This document shows positions 10,001 through 18,477 of a DNA stretch of 64,000 nucleotides, piece after piece. The stretch is from a virus (lineage: Duplodnaviria; Caudoviricetes). The notes beneath the pieces are model-generated. The model saw only the letters and a list, made by a program, of their open reading frames with translations. It ran no database searches and had not been told where the DNA came from. A program made the translations under genes and the position numbers. Within the stretch, counting starts at the first letter, position 1. Each line of letters begins with the position of its first letter. The stretch spans positions 67,002 through 131,001 of IMG/VR virus record IMGVR_UViG_3300025163_000238. One strand, given 5' to 3'.

Positions 10001-11348
10001 ACTTTTCGCACAGTTTCTCTGTGAGCTCCTCATGTACTTTCCTGAGCTTTTTGGTTAGCTTCATTGAAAGAGTCATCCGCTTGGATACAAAGTCAGCTGT
10101 CTTAGGGTCACTAATCAGGTTCAAGTTACGTACGCTTTCTAGATATTCTAACTCGGCAGCCCTTTTTATCTCTTGAAACGGGTCCTCTGATTCAGCTCGA
10201 GCTGGGGTCACAACTATGGGTTCTTGGGTGGGGGGTTTTGCTTCCCCACTAGGAGGCTTCGTCCCACCAACAGGTGTGAGACCTTGTGGTTGTAAGATAG
10301 TGAGTGTGTCACCACCTTGAGCGGGCGGTAAGTGCAGGAATGCCCTTGCTTCGTTAGGTGAAATAAGCCCAGACCTCGCAGCTAGTAGCAACTCTGATAT
10401 AGTATGAGCGGGGGGTATTTTGAATCTTATATTGATGCCGTAAGGGCGGAGAAAGTGATTGAGTTGATCTTGGATAGCTGTTACAATATGGGGTGTGTAG
10501 GTCGAATACAACAAAGGTCGCGCGGTTTGCCTGCCTAAACTATCTCCAGGATTGGAGAAACCAAACGCTGAACGTACCAGCCAATCCATTCGGTCTAAGA
10601 AGGAGGTTATGAGTTGAACGTCTAGTTGTTTTACTATGTCAATCCACTCGCCTCTACCAGCACCCCAAAGAATTGGCACTTTAGTTGACTGTTCTTGAAC
10701 TAAGTTGGTTAAGTCTGCCTGTAGTTTTTCTATTACCTCCTTTCCTACGTCCTCTTGCACTACGAAAACACCAATTGGTGGCCTTCCTTTCTTGTGCATC
10801 CGCTGGAGTGAGTAAACCAAATTAGTGATCTCGTAAGTCAGAGACTCAATGATAGATAAGGATCCAATAGTGTAGGTCCTTTTGACCCCAGCTATAACAA
10901 TAACCTCATCTGGTTTGAATTCAAATTTTTTACCATTGACCTCCTGAATGTATCCTAAGAGAACCCCATCTTTTCTAAACACAGGCGCAAACGTGCCCGC
11001 GTCTCTTGCGGTAAAACTTTTTAGCTGAGATCCAAGCGTGAATACAGGTAATATAACACCTTTGTTGACGACAAGCATGTCAACAACACATGCTTGGAGA
11101 ACTTCCTTAAATGTCTCACCTGTGGGACCTACTCCCTCAAAAAGAGCGGAGATTACTCCCTTCTTAAATGGATGAGACACTTTCACTTCAAAAGGGAGCC
11201 CAGCGATCGTCGTCGCAATTTGGTCAACACACCTTCTTATTGTGTTAGTGTCCCTATATATCTGTCTCAAGACCGAAGCTTGTAAAGAAGTTGTGTATGA
11301 CCACTGGATTGATGTGTCAAAAGACGTCACTCCCTTCAACTTATCCAT
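7023..11348 (-). CDS. Portal protein fused to a MuF/gp7 head-morphogenesis domain, tandem zincin metallopeptidase domains and C-terminal repeats
   Basis: HK97-like portal N-part (IRRCVDQIATTIAGLP, FKPDEVI, ISPNEARAFL); MuF Cys motif KWVGTGDENMCQDC...CRCVLIP; HELGH at 8439-8453 with downstream ESFAELF. Confidence 0.88.
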   Translation of the reverse strand: MDKLKGVTSFDTSIQWSYTTSLQASVLRQIYRDTNTIRRCVDQIATTIAGLPFEVKVSHPFKKGVISALFEGVGPTGETFKEVLQACVVDMLVVNKGVILPVFTLGSQLKSFTARDAGTFAPVFRKDGVLLGYIQEVNGKKFEFKPDEVIVIAGVKRTYTIGSLSIIESLTYEITNLVYSLQRMHKKGRPPIGVFVVQEDVGKEVIEKLQADLTNLVQEQSTKVPILWGAGRGEWIDIVKQLDVQLITSFLDRMDWLVRSAFGFSNPGDSLGRQTARPLLYSTYTPHIVTAIQDQLNHFLRPYGINIRFKIPPAHTISELLLAARSGLISPNEARAFLHLPPAQGGDTLTILQPQGLTPVGGTKPPSGEAKPPTQEPIVVTPARAESEDPFQEIKRAAELEYLESVRNLNLISDPKTADFVSKRMTLSMKLTKKLRKVHEELTEKLCEKFMLVRADVTPTLDPLDKWFYTQIQNALKDVTPDALQTGYYWVDRYWPSYDKDYVDAETVRSLKKINDYMTRQWTSKYQEVKKDAEKRDWDKVRDDLRTLLLSFLAAGAFVGYLTHLPLQAVTRFFTLKGKTIYYKWVGTGDENMCQDCREMHGKVFSQTELEFIGRWPGCGEPYKARGVRCNGKCRCVLIPVDIEETRFEVDWLQKVIPVRGLHLPKSELLAIGALDHVDKKIRDILLKEPRLREPAYFALFNKITTTAAETPYYNPLENTLYIPAKATHSTVRSAFVDAVVENLMFRNNFLDPYSPITAQLAAIMQKAREDVWETRLWKVFRKVGIELGKEPYIKLEEAWKFGNLAPFEKFTLPLDFPKEAYVDPMLFFKHMFRAVVFTPHREIPGKVAFEDFLASTLWTPSSYKKWVGKSLERLGRPWPAVTSVDAIMKRIPYVDEKIEPYIRALLETYPFLRVPAIWEGLNYIGFSKTTSTFNASYILGRGYEKFMESFNSSIVATPNLYQILHELGHHIFERHVMYNTLLGSTYGQVYLYGILYPFVERATLYAKSEKEVAKLIGFLEYLVEKEQKGQLQAALLASSSYIRETLIKPLQDRLPEITKNLSIPLRVYAISDPAESFAELFATFVTKPTILRYSSPELYDYFLSLMKAVAVKPLAKLKTEGMWKEFVEAMKKLKLNPDQIREAIEATLTVMASTEAQNWDTVGMMIRRIIAASRSDKGLLLELEKEGVIDVQGFSKQLNKMTEFSRLKALEEARKRPVTAAILKREREKYKRLFEFLADTKGKDFHNVVVEFVARLAPEEQCEPIVNKIFAYLDRQGWSKDAMYDVWRRLKNIQSGGKPRQDAYKWFEEEMKVKWTLKRPWEKKKKVIEAAKREKWFIKFQEAAKGKDFRKLVAKFVTKLTSEEQQVPVANKIFAYLNKHGWSEDAKFNVWRHLRGIVLGGKWREAAFEWFKKEVGIVWVAPKRRPEEQYLLKLLKKEGE
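7089..7625 (-). repeat. Two 75-aa repeats at the portal-fusion C-terminus
   Basis: KGKDF...EEQ..P..NKIFAYL...GWS.DA...VWR.L..I..GGK.R..A..WF..E at 7401-7625 and 7089-7313. Confidence 0.9.
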
Positions 11349-11375
11349 ATAAATCTCCTGAAAAGTGTTTTCTTC

Positions 11376-11443
11376 TATCTACATGTGTAAGGGGGGTTAA
11401 GTCAAGGTCGCACCTTGACCTATTAAGTTAAGCGCTGTATAAG
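11376..11443. promoter_or_regulatory. Back-to-back divergent sigma70-like promoters
   Basis: + strand TTGACC-17-TATAAG (11415-11443); - strand TTGACT (11405-11400) with TAGATA 18 nt on; inverted repeat GTCAAGG/CCTTGAC. Confidence 0.65.
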
Positions 11444-11450
11444 CGAACAA

Positions 11451-12020
11451 ATGTTACCCTTTAAGATTAAGCGACCGTACATAGCTTTTGTGGGGTCAGC
11501 AGTGACCTCACTTGTCAGTCACGATCTAGATGTCATGTTTTTTACACTACAGCTTAAAGATGATGTGGTAGCACAAAAGTGCATCAAAATGCTATCGCGT
11601 TATCTTCCAACCCGAACTCATTACATCGAGGCTAGCTATATCACTCCTTTTTCGCCTTACGTCCCACTGTACGACCTTGTTGCTATGCCTTACGATTGGA
11701 CGCATAAACGTTACGCACCCCTCTACCCAAAGAGCGCAAAGGGCCCGTACATCTCTATCAGTACGCGTCATCTTCACCAAAAAGCACCTCGGCGGCTTGT
11801 AGTTTGGTTAGGGTGTGTGCGCTACTTGAAACCTAAGCATACTTTTTACGTACCAAAAGAGTTTAACATGTACTACTATGTCCCTCTGTACATCCGTCTA
11901 ACACGAATGTTTCCCATCAATAAAAGACCAGTTGTTTCAAAAGCAGATCCACCTCAAGGGGCACTCGCGGTGTACAATTTAGTGCTGGAAAAACAACCTT
12001 ACCGTAAGGTAGAGATGTAG
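11451..12020 (+). CDS. Minimal nucleotidyltransferase-like protein (Pol beta superfamily)
   Basis: hGS...DhD signature: FVGSAVTSLVSHDLDVMF; the C-half looks like a degenerate repeat (VPLYDLV / LAVYNLV). Confidence 0.55.
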   Translation: MLPFKIKRPYIAFVGSAVTSLVSHDLDVMFFTLQLKDDVVAQKCIKMLSRYLPTRTHYIEASYITPFSPYVPLYDLVAMPYDWTHKRYAPLYPKSAKGPYISISTRHLHQKAPRRLVVWLGCVRYLKPKHTFYVPKEFNMYYYVPLYIRLTRMFPINKRPVVSKADPPQGALAVYNLVLEKQPYRKVEM

Positions 12021-12074
12021 TGAACGCTTGAATAGACTTGACACCTCAAACAAGTGGGTACTAGTTAACCAATA

Positions 12075-13046
12075 ATGGAACGTGTTGTCTTCTTCGTGAC
12101 GCGAAAGCCCAAGTTTGCTCCCAGTCCTTTCTACCTAGAAGGACGTAGACCAACCGACAAGTACTTATGGGATCCAATCATTGACCTACTTGAACGTAAA
12201 GTCACTATTTGCCCCAACAAAAAACCAGGTCACTGGGTGACACTACCAGGAGGACGCAAAGTTTGTATCCCAGAGTCGTACTGGCGGAAAAGAGCACTTA
12301 TTGCGGGCGTAACTGCAGGTGCAATTACTACTGCAGTTACAGCTGCTACACTCGCAGCGTCGGCACGGGTTCGAGCTTTTGTTCGTGGTCTTCACTTCAC
12401 TCCAGAAGGATCGATACAGCCATTATTGGGGCGACGTGGTCTAAACTTTATACTAAAAAGCCCCGATGTTGTAAGTCGATCTTTTCGTGCCGCTGCTTTA
12501 ACTGGGTTTAAGGTACAGCGCTTCGGATATTATGAATACAGAGGTGTGAAGGGTTTGATGATCGATGGGTCACTGAAGAACTTTCCAGGGTCTAAGCTTA
12601 TGTACGCCGCAACAAAAGATCCAGATGTGATATGGGCCGGACTTATTCATATTCCAAAGGCATCTCGTAGAGCATCACGTGATCTCTTTAAAGGCGTCTT
12701 TGACTTGGCACACGCAAGTGGTGCGTCGAAGATTCGATTTTTAGCAGGACTTGAAAATGGATCATCAATGTGGGCACGCTTAGGTGGTAAGTGGATCAAT
12801 GAAGAAGTTGAACGCAGATTCAAGCAGGAGGTTTTGGCGAGGCGTAGAGGTTTTTTCCCTAAAGACCTAGACGAGATTATCATTAAAGCGCGGACCCCAA
12901 AGGAGTTGGTGGAGAAGTTAGACGCGAGGATAGGTAAATCAGGAACGCGTAAGCTCTTGGAGTATATTGAATGGTGGGGTGAGTTGGATTTAAAGGACCC
13001 TCAAGTTAGATCCTTCTTATCAAAGCTAGCGAGGCAAAAGTCGTGA
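12075..13046 (+). CDS. Tagged protein: WVTL..GRKVCI motif, hydrophobic helix, GNAT-like domain
   Basis: PGHWVTLPGGRKVCIP, then ALIAGVTAGAITTAVTAATLAA, then SGASKIRFLAGLENGSSMWARLGGKW. Confidence 0.6.
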   Translation: MERVVFFVTRKPKFAPSPFYLEGRRPTDKYLWDPIIDLLERKVTICPNKKPGHWVTLPGGRKVCIPESYWRKRALIAGVTAGAITTAVTAATLAASARVRAFVRGLHFTPEGSIQPLLGRRGLNFILKSPDVVSRSFRAAALTGFKVQRFGYYEYRGVKGLMIDGSLKNFPGSKLMYAATKDPDVIWAGLIHIPKASRRASRDLFKGVFDLAHASGASKIRFLAGLENGSSMWARLGGKWINEEVERRFKQEVLARRRGFFPKDLDEIIIKARTPKELVEKLDARIGKSGTRKLLEYIEWWGELDLKDPQVRSFLSKLARQKS

Positions 13047-13924
13047 ACGTACCAGAAGCACTGAAGAAATATGCGAGACCTTTCTTGGTTTGGTGTGAGG
13101 GGTCCTATCCTTACTGTCTGCACATACACCTCGCGAGTGTTTTTCATGGTGACCTTCGTATGAGGTGGTGTGGGCGTGACCTTATTGGTGTAACTTTATT
13201 CCTCTACCGCCCCGGGTCTGTGAAGCATAGACCAAATGGAAGAGAGGGCTGGGATGACTTCCTTAAGATTGTGAAGTACCCACGAAGATACTTTAAGCTG
13301 GACTATACAACAGGAGAGATTATTGGTCAGAGGAGCCTTCAAGCGACGATGAAGCTTCCGGAGGCTAGTGCGTGGATCAATGTTCGGAAGTTTATATCAC
13401 CACCCGGTTATATCGGAGCGCGTTATCTTAAGGACAAGTGGGGCTACATGACGCGTGTGGACACTGGGTTAGTGGAGCACCTTACACGCAAGCTAGATAT
13501 GTTTGAGTTTTACTTTACTAAAGGGAAGGCCTTTCGTGGTAGATACATCCTTCGACCTTTTGGGCGTGGTTTCCATTTTTACACTGCATCTGCTGACAAA
13601 CCACACGTAGTGGGTACAAAGTATGAGAAGTTAAAAGAGGGTAAGGAGTTAGGGGGTTTCCTGTGGATCAGAGCAAAGGATCAGACACCATACATTCTTT
13701 CATTGCGTGCGGTTGAAAAGCGTTTCGTTGCCCCTTTTGGCTACTCAGGTTTACCTACGCAATTAAAGAAGTTGATTCCTTCAAGATTTCAATACTGGAA
13801 GTTAAGGAGCGAGAAGGATCGTATAAGGGTAAGAGACGAGTTAAGGGATGCGCTTAAAAGGAAAGGACTGATGAAGTATCTGGAATCCGGTGTGTGGTCT
13901 TACGTGAAAAGTTTAGAGGCTTGA
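13043..13924 (+). CDS. Protein with a LigD phosphoesterase-like motif
   Basis: HIHLASVFHGDLRM resembles the H..A..HxDxR motif of the LigD PE domain; later FTKGKAFRGRYIL resembles the PE C-terminal strands. Confidence 0.45.
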   Translation: MNVPEALKKYARPFLVWCEGSYPYCLHIHLASVFHGDLRMRWCGRDLIGVTLFLYRPGSVKHRPNGREGWDDFLKIVKYPRRYFKLDYTTGEIIGQRSLQATMKLPEASAWINVRKFISPPGYIGARYLKDKWGYMTRVDTGLVEHLTRKLDMFEFYFTKGKAFRGRYILRPFGRGFHFYTASADKPHVVGTKYEKLKEGKELGGFLWIRAKDQTPYILSLRAVEKRFVAPFGYSGLPTQLKKLIPSRFQYWKLRSEKDRIRVRDELRDALKRKGLMKYLESGVWSYVKSLEA

Positions 13925-13974
13925 CCTTTTTTGGTAGACCCTAGTTTAAATTTGGAACAAAGGAGGTGAGAGCT

Positions 13975-15060
13975 ATGTCGTTTTCGCGGTTTGAAAATGG
14001 GTTATTCCAAGCAACAGGTCAGTTTATTGCATCGGCTGACACTAAACCGTTTAAGGACTTCGCGAAGCAAGGTGAGTTAATAGTTGCGGGTTACGCTACA
14101 ACTTTCGATATTGGACTGGAAGGAGCTGTCATCGCGAGGGACGCGTTAAATGAAGAGGATTTGAAGCAACGTCCAACTTTGCTGTTCAACCACGACCAGA
14201 ATCGCCCCATCGGGCGTGTTGTAAGCTCTAAGGTTGATGATAAAGGCCTTTTCATAGTTGGTGTTATTGATAGTACTGAAAAGGAACTTCAACAGAAAAT
14301 CATGTCTGGTACGCTTTCTCGTTTCTCAATCAGGGGTCGGATAATGCGTTCACATGCTGAGTGGAGGAAGGACCTTCAGAAGAATATAGACGTAATCGAT
14401 GAGTTAAAGACTTTAGAGGTGTCTGTTGTTTCGGTACCCGCTGTTGCAGAGGCCGAAATTCAAAAATGGTATCTGCAACGTAATTTTAACGAAGGAGGTG
14501 ATAGCATGAGCGAACAAAAAAAGGACGAGGCAAAAGATATCACACGTGAGAATGGCGCTCCAGAAGAGGATGAATTTGTACTTGAAGATGACGGAACAAT
14601 CGAGTTATTGCTGGGACTAGATGAGCGAGTTAATGACTTGGTTGATAAAATTAGTACTTTTGAAGCGGCTGCTAATGACCTCAAGGCAGTCATGGAGAAG
14701 TTGAGCGCAATCGATAAGAAGATTGATGAGGTACTCAAAAAGTTGGAGAAGTATCCATATCCATATCCAGCTAAGAGAGACGCCGAAGAGTCAGCTGATC
14801 AATCTGGACAGGGAGAACAGGGAGAAGGAGAACAGGAGAGACAAGAGTCCACTAATCCACTTGAGGAGATTCAAAAGTCTATCCAACGCTTGGCTGACGA
14901 AGTAAAGTCGATAAAGGAATCTCCTACTATAAAGGGGGAGAAGGAGGCTGGAAAGGAAGACGAAATAAAGAGATTCATAGAATCAGAGGAGTACAAGAGC
15001 GCACCCCCAACTGACAAGCTGAGGATGTTATACGACTTTTTGCAAAAAGGAGGTGAGTAG
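13975..15060 (+). CDS. HK97-type prohead protease fused to scaffold
   Basis: VAGYATTF, LLFNHDQNRPIG (His), RFSIRG (Ser), LEVSVVSVPA; acidic coiled-coil C-half; SD AGGAGGTG favours ATG 13975. Confidence 0.92.
   Translation: MSFSRFENGLFQATGQFIASADTKPFKDFAKQGELIVAGYATTFDIGLEGAVIARDALNEEDLKQRPTLLFNHDQNRPIGRVVSSKVDDKGLFIVGVIDSTEKELQQKIMSGTLSRFSIRGRIMRSHAEWRKDLQKNIDVIDELKTLEVSVVSVPAVAEAEIQKWYLQRNFNEGGDSMSEQKKDEAKDITRENGAPEEDEFVLEDDGTIELLLGLDERVNDLVDKISTFEAAANDLKAVMEKLSAIDKKIDEVLKKLEKYPYPYPAKRDAEESADQSGQGEQGEGEQERQESTNPLEEIQKSIQRLADEVKSIKESPTIKGEKEAGKEDEIKRFIESEEYKSAPPTDKLRMLYDFLQKGGE
14506..15060 (+). CDS. Nested in-frame scaffolding protein
   Basis: Internal AAGGAGGTG SD 5 nt before an in-frame ATG (MSEQKK) at the end of the protease domain. 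Confidence 0.7.
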   Translation: MSEQKKDEAKDITRENGAPEEDEFVLEDDGTIELLLGLDERVNDLVDKISTFEAAANDLKAVMEKLSAIDKKIDEVLKKLEKYPYPYPAKRDAEESADQSGQGEQGEGEQERQESTNPLEEIQKSIQRLADEVKSIKESPTIKGEKEAGKEDEIKRFIESEEYKSAPPTDKLRMLYDFLQKGGE

Positions 15061-15061
15061 G

Positions 15062-15991
15062 ATGCTAGATTTAAAGCGCGAATTAGTTAGAAGCTTAACC
15101 GAAAGTGATATTGCTTCGATCATCCCCAAGGAAGTAGATAAGATCATCGAGTCCATGGTTGAGCATAAGAATCCTCTTCGTCAGAATCTTCCTCGTAAAC
15201 CAGGCTCTGGCGCAGGAGTCCCCGTTAACCGGAGAGACGGCGCTTCAACAGAGCCCAAGTTCTATGGCGACACCGACTCATTCGATGAAAGCACAGGCAG
15301 TTACTCTCAGATTGTGTTTACATACAAGACCATTGGATGTCAGGGGAAGGTCACTCGTAAGGCACGCGCAATCGGAGCTAACTACGCTGACTTACTGGCC
15401 AATGAAATGGAGGAACGGTCCCAAGAGTTCCGTGACAAAGAAGAATGGGGATACTTTTGGGGCGATGCAACAGCAAATCCAAAACAGTTTGATGGGTTAG
15501 ATAAGTTAACCCACAGTGACAATAGATTTGCAGTCGGTGGAAGTGGTGGTGGCAACTTAACACTTGAGTTAATGGACCAAGCAATTGACGCAGTTCGTGG
15601 GACACCTGACATGATCGTGTGCAGTAAAAGAACACGTAGGAGAATACGTGCCTTACTTCAAACTCAACAGAGGTTCGTAAATACCACAAAAGTGAAGGGT
15701 GGCTTCGAACTCATGAGCTATAATGATATTCCTATCTACGTGTCTAACCAAATTCCTGACACTCTTAAGGTTGATACGGACGGGAAGACCATCACTAGCT
15801 TAACCGCTGGTACATTGTCAGCTCTCTTTATTTTGGACACTGAGAAAGTGTATGTGTCCGAGTTAACCCCCCTTACTATTAAACCTCTCGCCAAAACTAG
15901 CTCGCAGTTTGACCTCTTTGACATCTACGCTGACGAGGTTTTAGTAGTTCGTAATCCATACGCGTGTGCTGAGATTGTAGGAATTGTATAA
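15062..15991 (+). CDS. Major capsid protein (HK97 fold)
   Basis: Follows protease/scaffold; IIPKEVDKII, FWGDA...KQFDGL, DMIVCS, YNDIPI, VLVVRNP; SD favours ATG 15062. Confidence 0.9.
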   Translation: MLDLKRELVRSLTESDIASIIPKEVDKIIESMVEHKNPLRQNLPRKPGSGAGVPVNRRDGASTEPKFYGDTDSFDESTGSYSQIVFTYKTIGCQGKVTRKARAIGANYADLLANEMEERSQEFRDKEEWGYFWGDATANPKQFDGLDKLTHSDNRFAVGGSGGGNLTLELMDQAIDAVRGTPDMIVCSKRTRRRIRALLQTQQRFVNTTKVKGGFELMSYNDIPIYVSNQIPDTLKVDTDGKTITSLTAGTLSALFILDTEKVYVSELTPLTIKPLAKTSSQFDLFDIYADEVLVVRNPYACAEIVGIV

Positions 15992-16002
15992 TAAATCGGA
16001 GA

Positions 16003-16022
16003 GGGGGACTGTAAGGTCCCCC
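16003..16022 (+). terminator. Stem-loop after the capsid gene (attenuator or mRNA stabiliser)
   Basis: GGGGGAC-TGTAAG-GTCCCCC; no clear U-tract. Confidence 0.5.
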
Positions 16023-16046
16023 CGTAATGTTAGTGGGAGGTTACTT

Positions 16047-16448
16047 ATGTATAAAATGAAGTACTGTGGGCCGTTTAGTGGTCCAGAATGGACTCTTGCT
16101 ACTTACCGTGAGGTCATAACTGTAAAAAACGGGTACTGCACAGTTAAGTACCCGGAAACAGTTCAAACGCTACAGCTGCAAGGCTTCAAATTAGTAGAGC
16201 AAGACGACACCCCAAAGCCACCACCTCGTCAGAAGGAATCTATTAAACCAGTAGCAACACCTCCGCCGAGACAAAAGCCGGAGCTGTCTCAAGCTGAAAC
16301 GAAGATCCTTGAATTGCTTAAAAAAGGTGCAAACCTGGGTGCCATAGCAGTTGCTATTAAGTGGAAAAAGTCAAAGATAGAGAATTGGATACGAACTCAC
16401 AGCAAGCTAGTAGCTGAGGTAGTAAATGCGCCAAGTTCTGCCAAATAG
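16047..16448 (+). CDS. Hypothetical protein with Pro-rich linker and C-terminal HTH-like domain
   Basis: Start moved to ATG 16047 (GGAGG SD); LSQAETKILELLKKGANLGAIAVAIKWKKSKIENW is HTH-like. Confidence 0.65.
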   Translation: MYKMKYCGPFSGPEWTLATYREVITVKNGYCTVKYPETVQTLQLQGFKLVEQDDTPKPPPRQKESIKPVATPPPRQKPELSQAETKILELLKKGANLGAIAVAIKWKKSKIENWIRTHSKLVAEVVNAPSSAK

Positions 16449-17244
16449 CCCAATTTCGTTAGCATTTGATTTTGTCTACGCGGGTGTAACGGTTAGCGAT
16501 GTTGAGGACCCTGTGGTTGAAGTGTACTCCTTCGCTCAGGCGCTGATGACCGCTGCTGCCTTAACATGGGGTGGGGCTCATTATGAAGCACGTGTTCAAG
16601 CACCACAGGAGTTGGGTGTTTACGTAGCAGTAGCTCACGGTAGGTATAATGGTGACTATATAACAGCCGCCTCACACGAAGCTCTTGAAGTAGTTTCATA
16701 CGGAGTAGAAGCGCACCACGCACTTATAACTCTCAATGAAGTTAAAGAGTACTTGGAGTTAACAGACTTTAGCGAAGACGCGTTTCTGCGACTTCTTACC
16801 GAGGCGTGCATTAGCAGTGTGTTGAACTACCTTCACATTACAATCGGGCCGCAAACAACAAAGGAGACCTTTCCTGTGTCTGACTGTGCTTCTTGGAGCT
16901 TAAACTATTACCCCGTCATTTCAGTGGAACATATTAGTGTAGATGGTGTTGAGTTAAGCAGTACAGATTACACATTAAACGCTAATACGGGTACGATTTG
17001 GTTCAATGAGTTAGTAAGTGGGGTGCTAGAAGTTGAGTATACATACGGGCTCACATCTATACCATATGATATGAAGCTCGCGTGTCTCAAGCTAGCAGCT
17101 GTGCTTTACAACCTACGAAACACAGAAGGCTATTCATCTCGAAGGTTGTTAAGCGTCGCTGAGACATATTTAGCGAGCAGTAAGGCTGATGTCTTTCACG
17201 AGATACGTTCTTTACTTGCTCCCTATAAACGGGTATCACGTTAG
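16426..17244 (+). CDS. Head-tail adaptor (gp6/gp15-like) with an N-terminal extra domain
   Basis: LITLNEVKEYL...D..L, VEYTYG...IPYDMKLACLKL, LLAPYKR. Confidence 0.85.
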   Translation: MRQVLPNSPISLAFDFVYAGVTVSDVEDPVVEVYSFAQALMTAAALTWGGAHYEARVQAPQELGVYVAVAHGRYNGDYITAASHEALEVVSYGVEAHHALITLNEVKEYLELTDFSEDAFLRLLTEACISSVLNYLHITIGPQTTKETFPVSDCASWSLNYYPVISVEHISVDGVELSSTDYTLNANTGTIWFNELVSGVLEVEYTYGLTSIPYDMKLACLKLAAVLYNLRNTEGYSSRRLLSVAETYLASSKADVFHEIRSLLAPYKRVSR

Positions 17245-17994
17245 AAGTTGGTTTTGGTCAACATATCCCCAATTGCGTTGATACATTCTCCACTTTTCTC
17301 TCGGCCACCGGAGCATGTCATGAACAATAAGTCTCTTGGGGTTGACAAAAGTGCTAATGTTTGGATGATATAGGTGGTGAAGTGTTATATCTGCGGCTTC
17401 GACTCGGTACCCAAATGCTTCTAGTTTTATCCAAAACGCGTTATCTTCACCATACTTACCGTAAAAATCTTTCTCTGGCATCCCGCCCACGTGGTTCATT
17501 ATAGTCTTAGTGATCCACATAGCACCGCCAGCTGCACCCATCTTCTCTGGCGTGGTGCTGCGTATGTAAGGGCCTCCGAGTGACTCTGATTTAAGAAATC
17601 GTTCTGTTGCCTCTTTTGACATGTACAAAATACGATTCCACGCTGCAGCTGGAGGACGCGTCTGGGCCAATATGCTTTGATAATTGGGCGGGTAAATGAG
17701 ATCAGCGTCGGTGAGTAATACGTGTTCAAACGTGGCTAGCTCTTTCACACCTACGTTAAAGGCCCAAGCTCTGTTAAAGGGGTGAAAAGTGAAAACCTTT
17801 AGATACCGAAAGGGCTTACGGATCCATTCACGGAAGGCGTTAATGTGGTCATGAATGTACGCTGTGGGGCCTGTCTCAACGATACATACCTCACATTGAG
17901 CTGAACGGGCTAGGGATTTCACACAGAAAGTCAGGAGTGGAAGTCGTAGTGGGTGGTGTTCATATGGTATAACAATAGAGATTGGGATTGACAC
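17236..17994 (-). CDS. Glycosyltransferase, GT-A fold (GT2/GT7-like)
   Basis: ISIVIPY, FNRAWAFNVG, TDAD (DxD), GGMPE..YGKYGED, HLYH; SD favours GTG 17994. Confidence 0.88.
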   Translation of the reverse strand: MSIPISIVIPYEHHPLRLPLLTFCVKSLARSAQCEVCIVETGPTAYIHDHINAFREWIRKPFRYLKVFTFHPFNRAWAFNVGVKELATFEHVLLTDADLIYPPNYQSILAQTRPPAAAWNRILYMSKEATERFLKSESLGGPYIRSTTPEKMGAAGGAMWITKTIMNHVGGMPEKDFYGKYGEDNAFWIKLEAFGYRVEAADITLHHLYHPNISTFVNPKRLIVHDMLRWPREKWRMYQRNWGYVDQNQLLT

Positions 17995-18022
17995 GCTTCC
18001 TCCTTTGATATAGACTACACCT

Positions 18023-18051
18023 ATGATACCAAATTCGTAAGACATTGACAA
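18023..18051 (-). promoter_or_regulatory. sigma70-like promoter for the glycosyltransferase
   Basis: TTGTCA-17-TATCAT on the minus strand. Confidence 0.65.
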
Positions 18052-18069
18052 GTTTAGAAGACAAGGTTA

Positions 18070-18477
18070 ATGGCGACCACACAAGCTTTATTAAGTGAAA
18101 CAGACTTCCCACAAGCAACAGTCGATGTCTTTTATAGTAACGAGGTGCTTGAGAGATGGATATTTGTAGGTGTACAGCAGCAAGGGATCGCGTCTGTTCT
18201 GTGGTGGATTACAAGAGGTTACCATCAGTTCACTGTACTTCTTCCCCTTGCGCAATTGTACCTCCTACATCATATCAGAACGCTGCGAATCAGAGTACCC
18301 GCCCGACAAATCTGGACAATAAAGCGTGAACGTGGTATTACTATTTACCCCACTCTACAGTTCTACACGAGTGTGGGTAAGGTTGCTGAATTATGTGGAT
18401 GTGGATTTAACTTCCAAGAGTTGAGGAACATAATAGTTCACCACTTGACCCCGGGGGTGAGCTATGGGAACTACTAA
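18070..18477 (+). CDS. Hypothetical protein
   Basis: 135-aa ORF overlapping the holin start. Confidence 0.6.
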   Translation: MATTQALLSETDFPQATVDVFYSNEVLERWIFVGVQQQGIASVLWWITRGYHQFTVLLPLAQLYLLHHIRTLRIRVPARQIWTIKRERGITIYPTLQFYTSVGKVAELCGCGFNFQELRNIIVHHLTPGVSYGNY

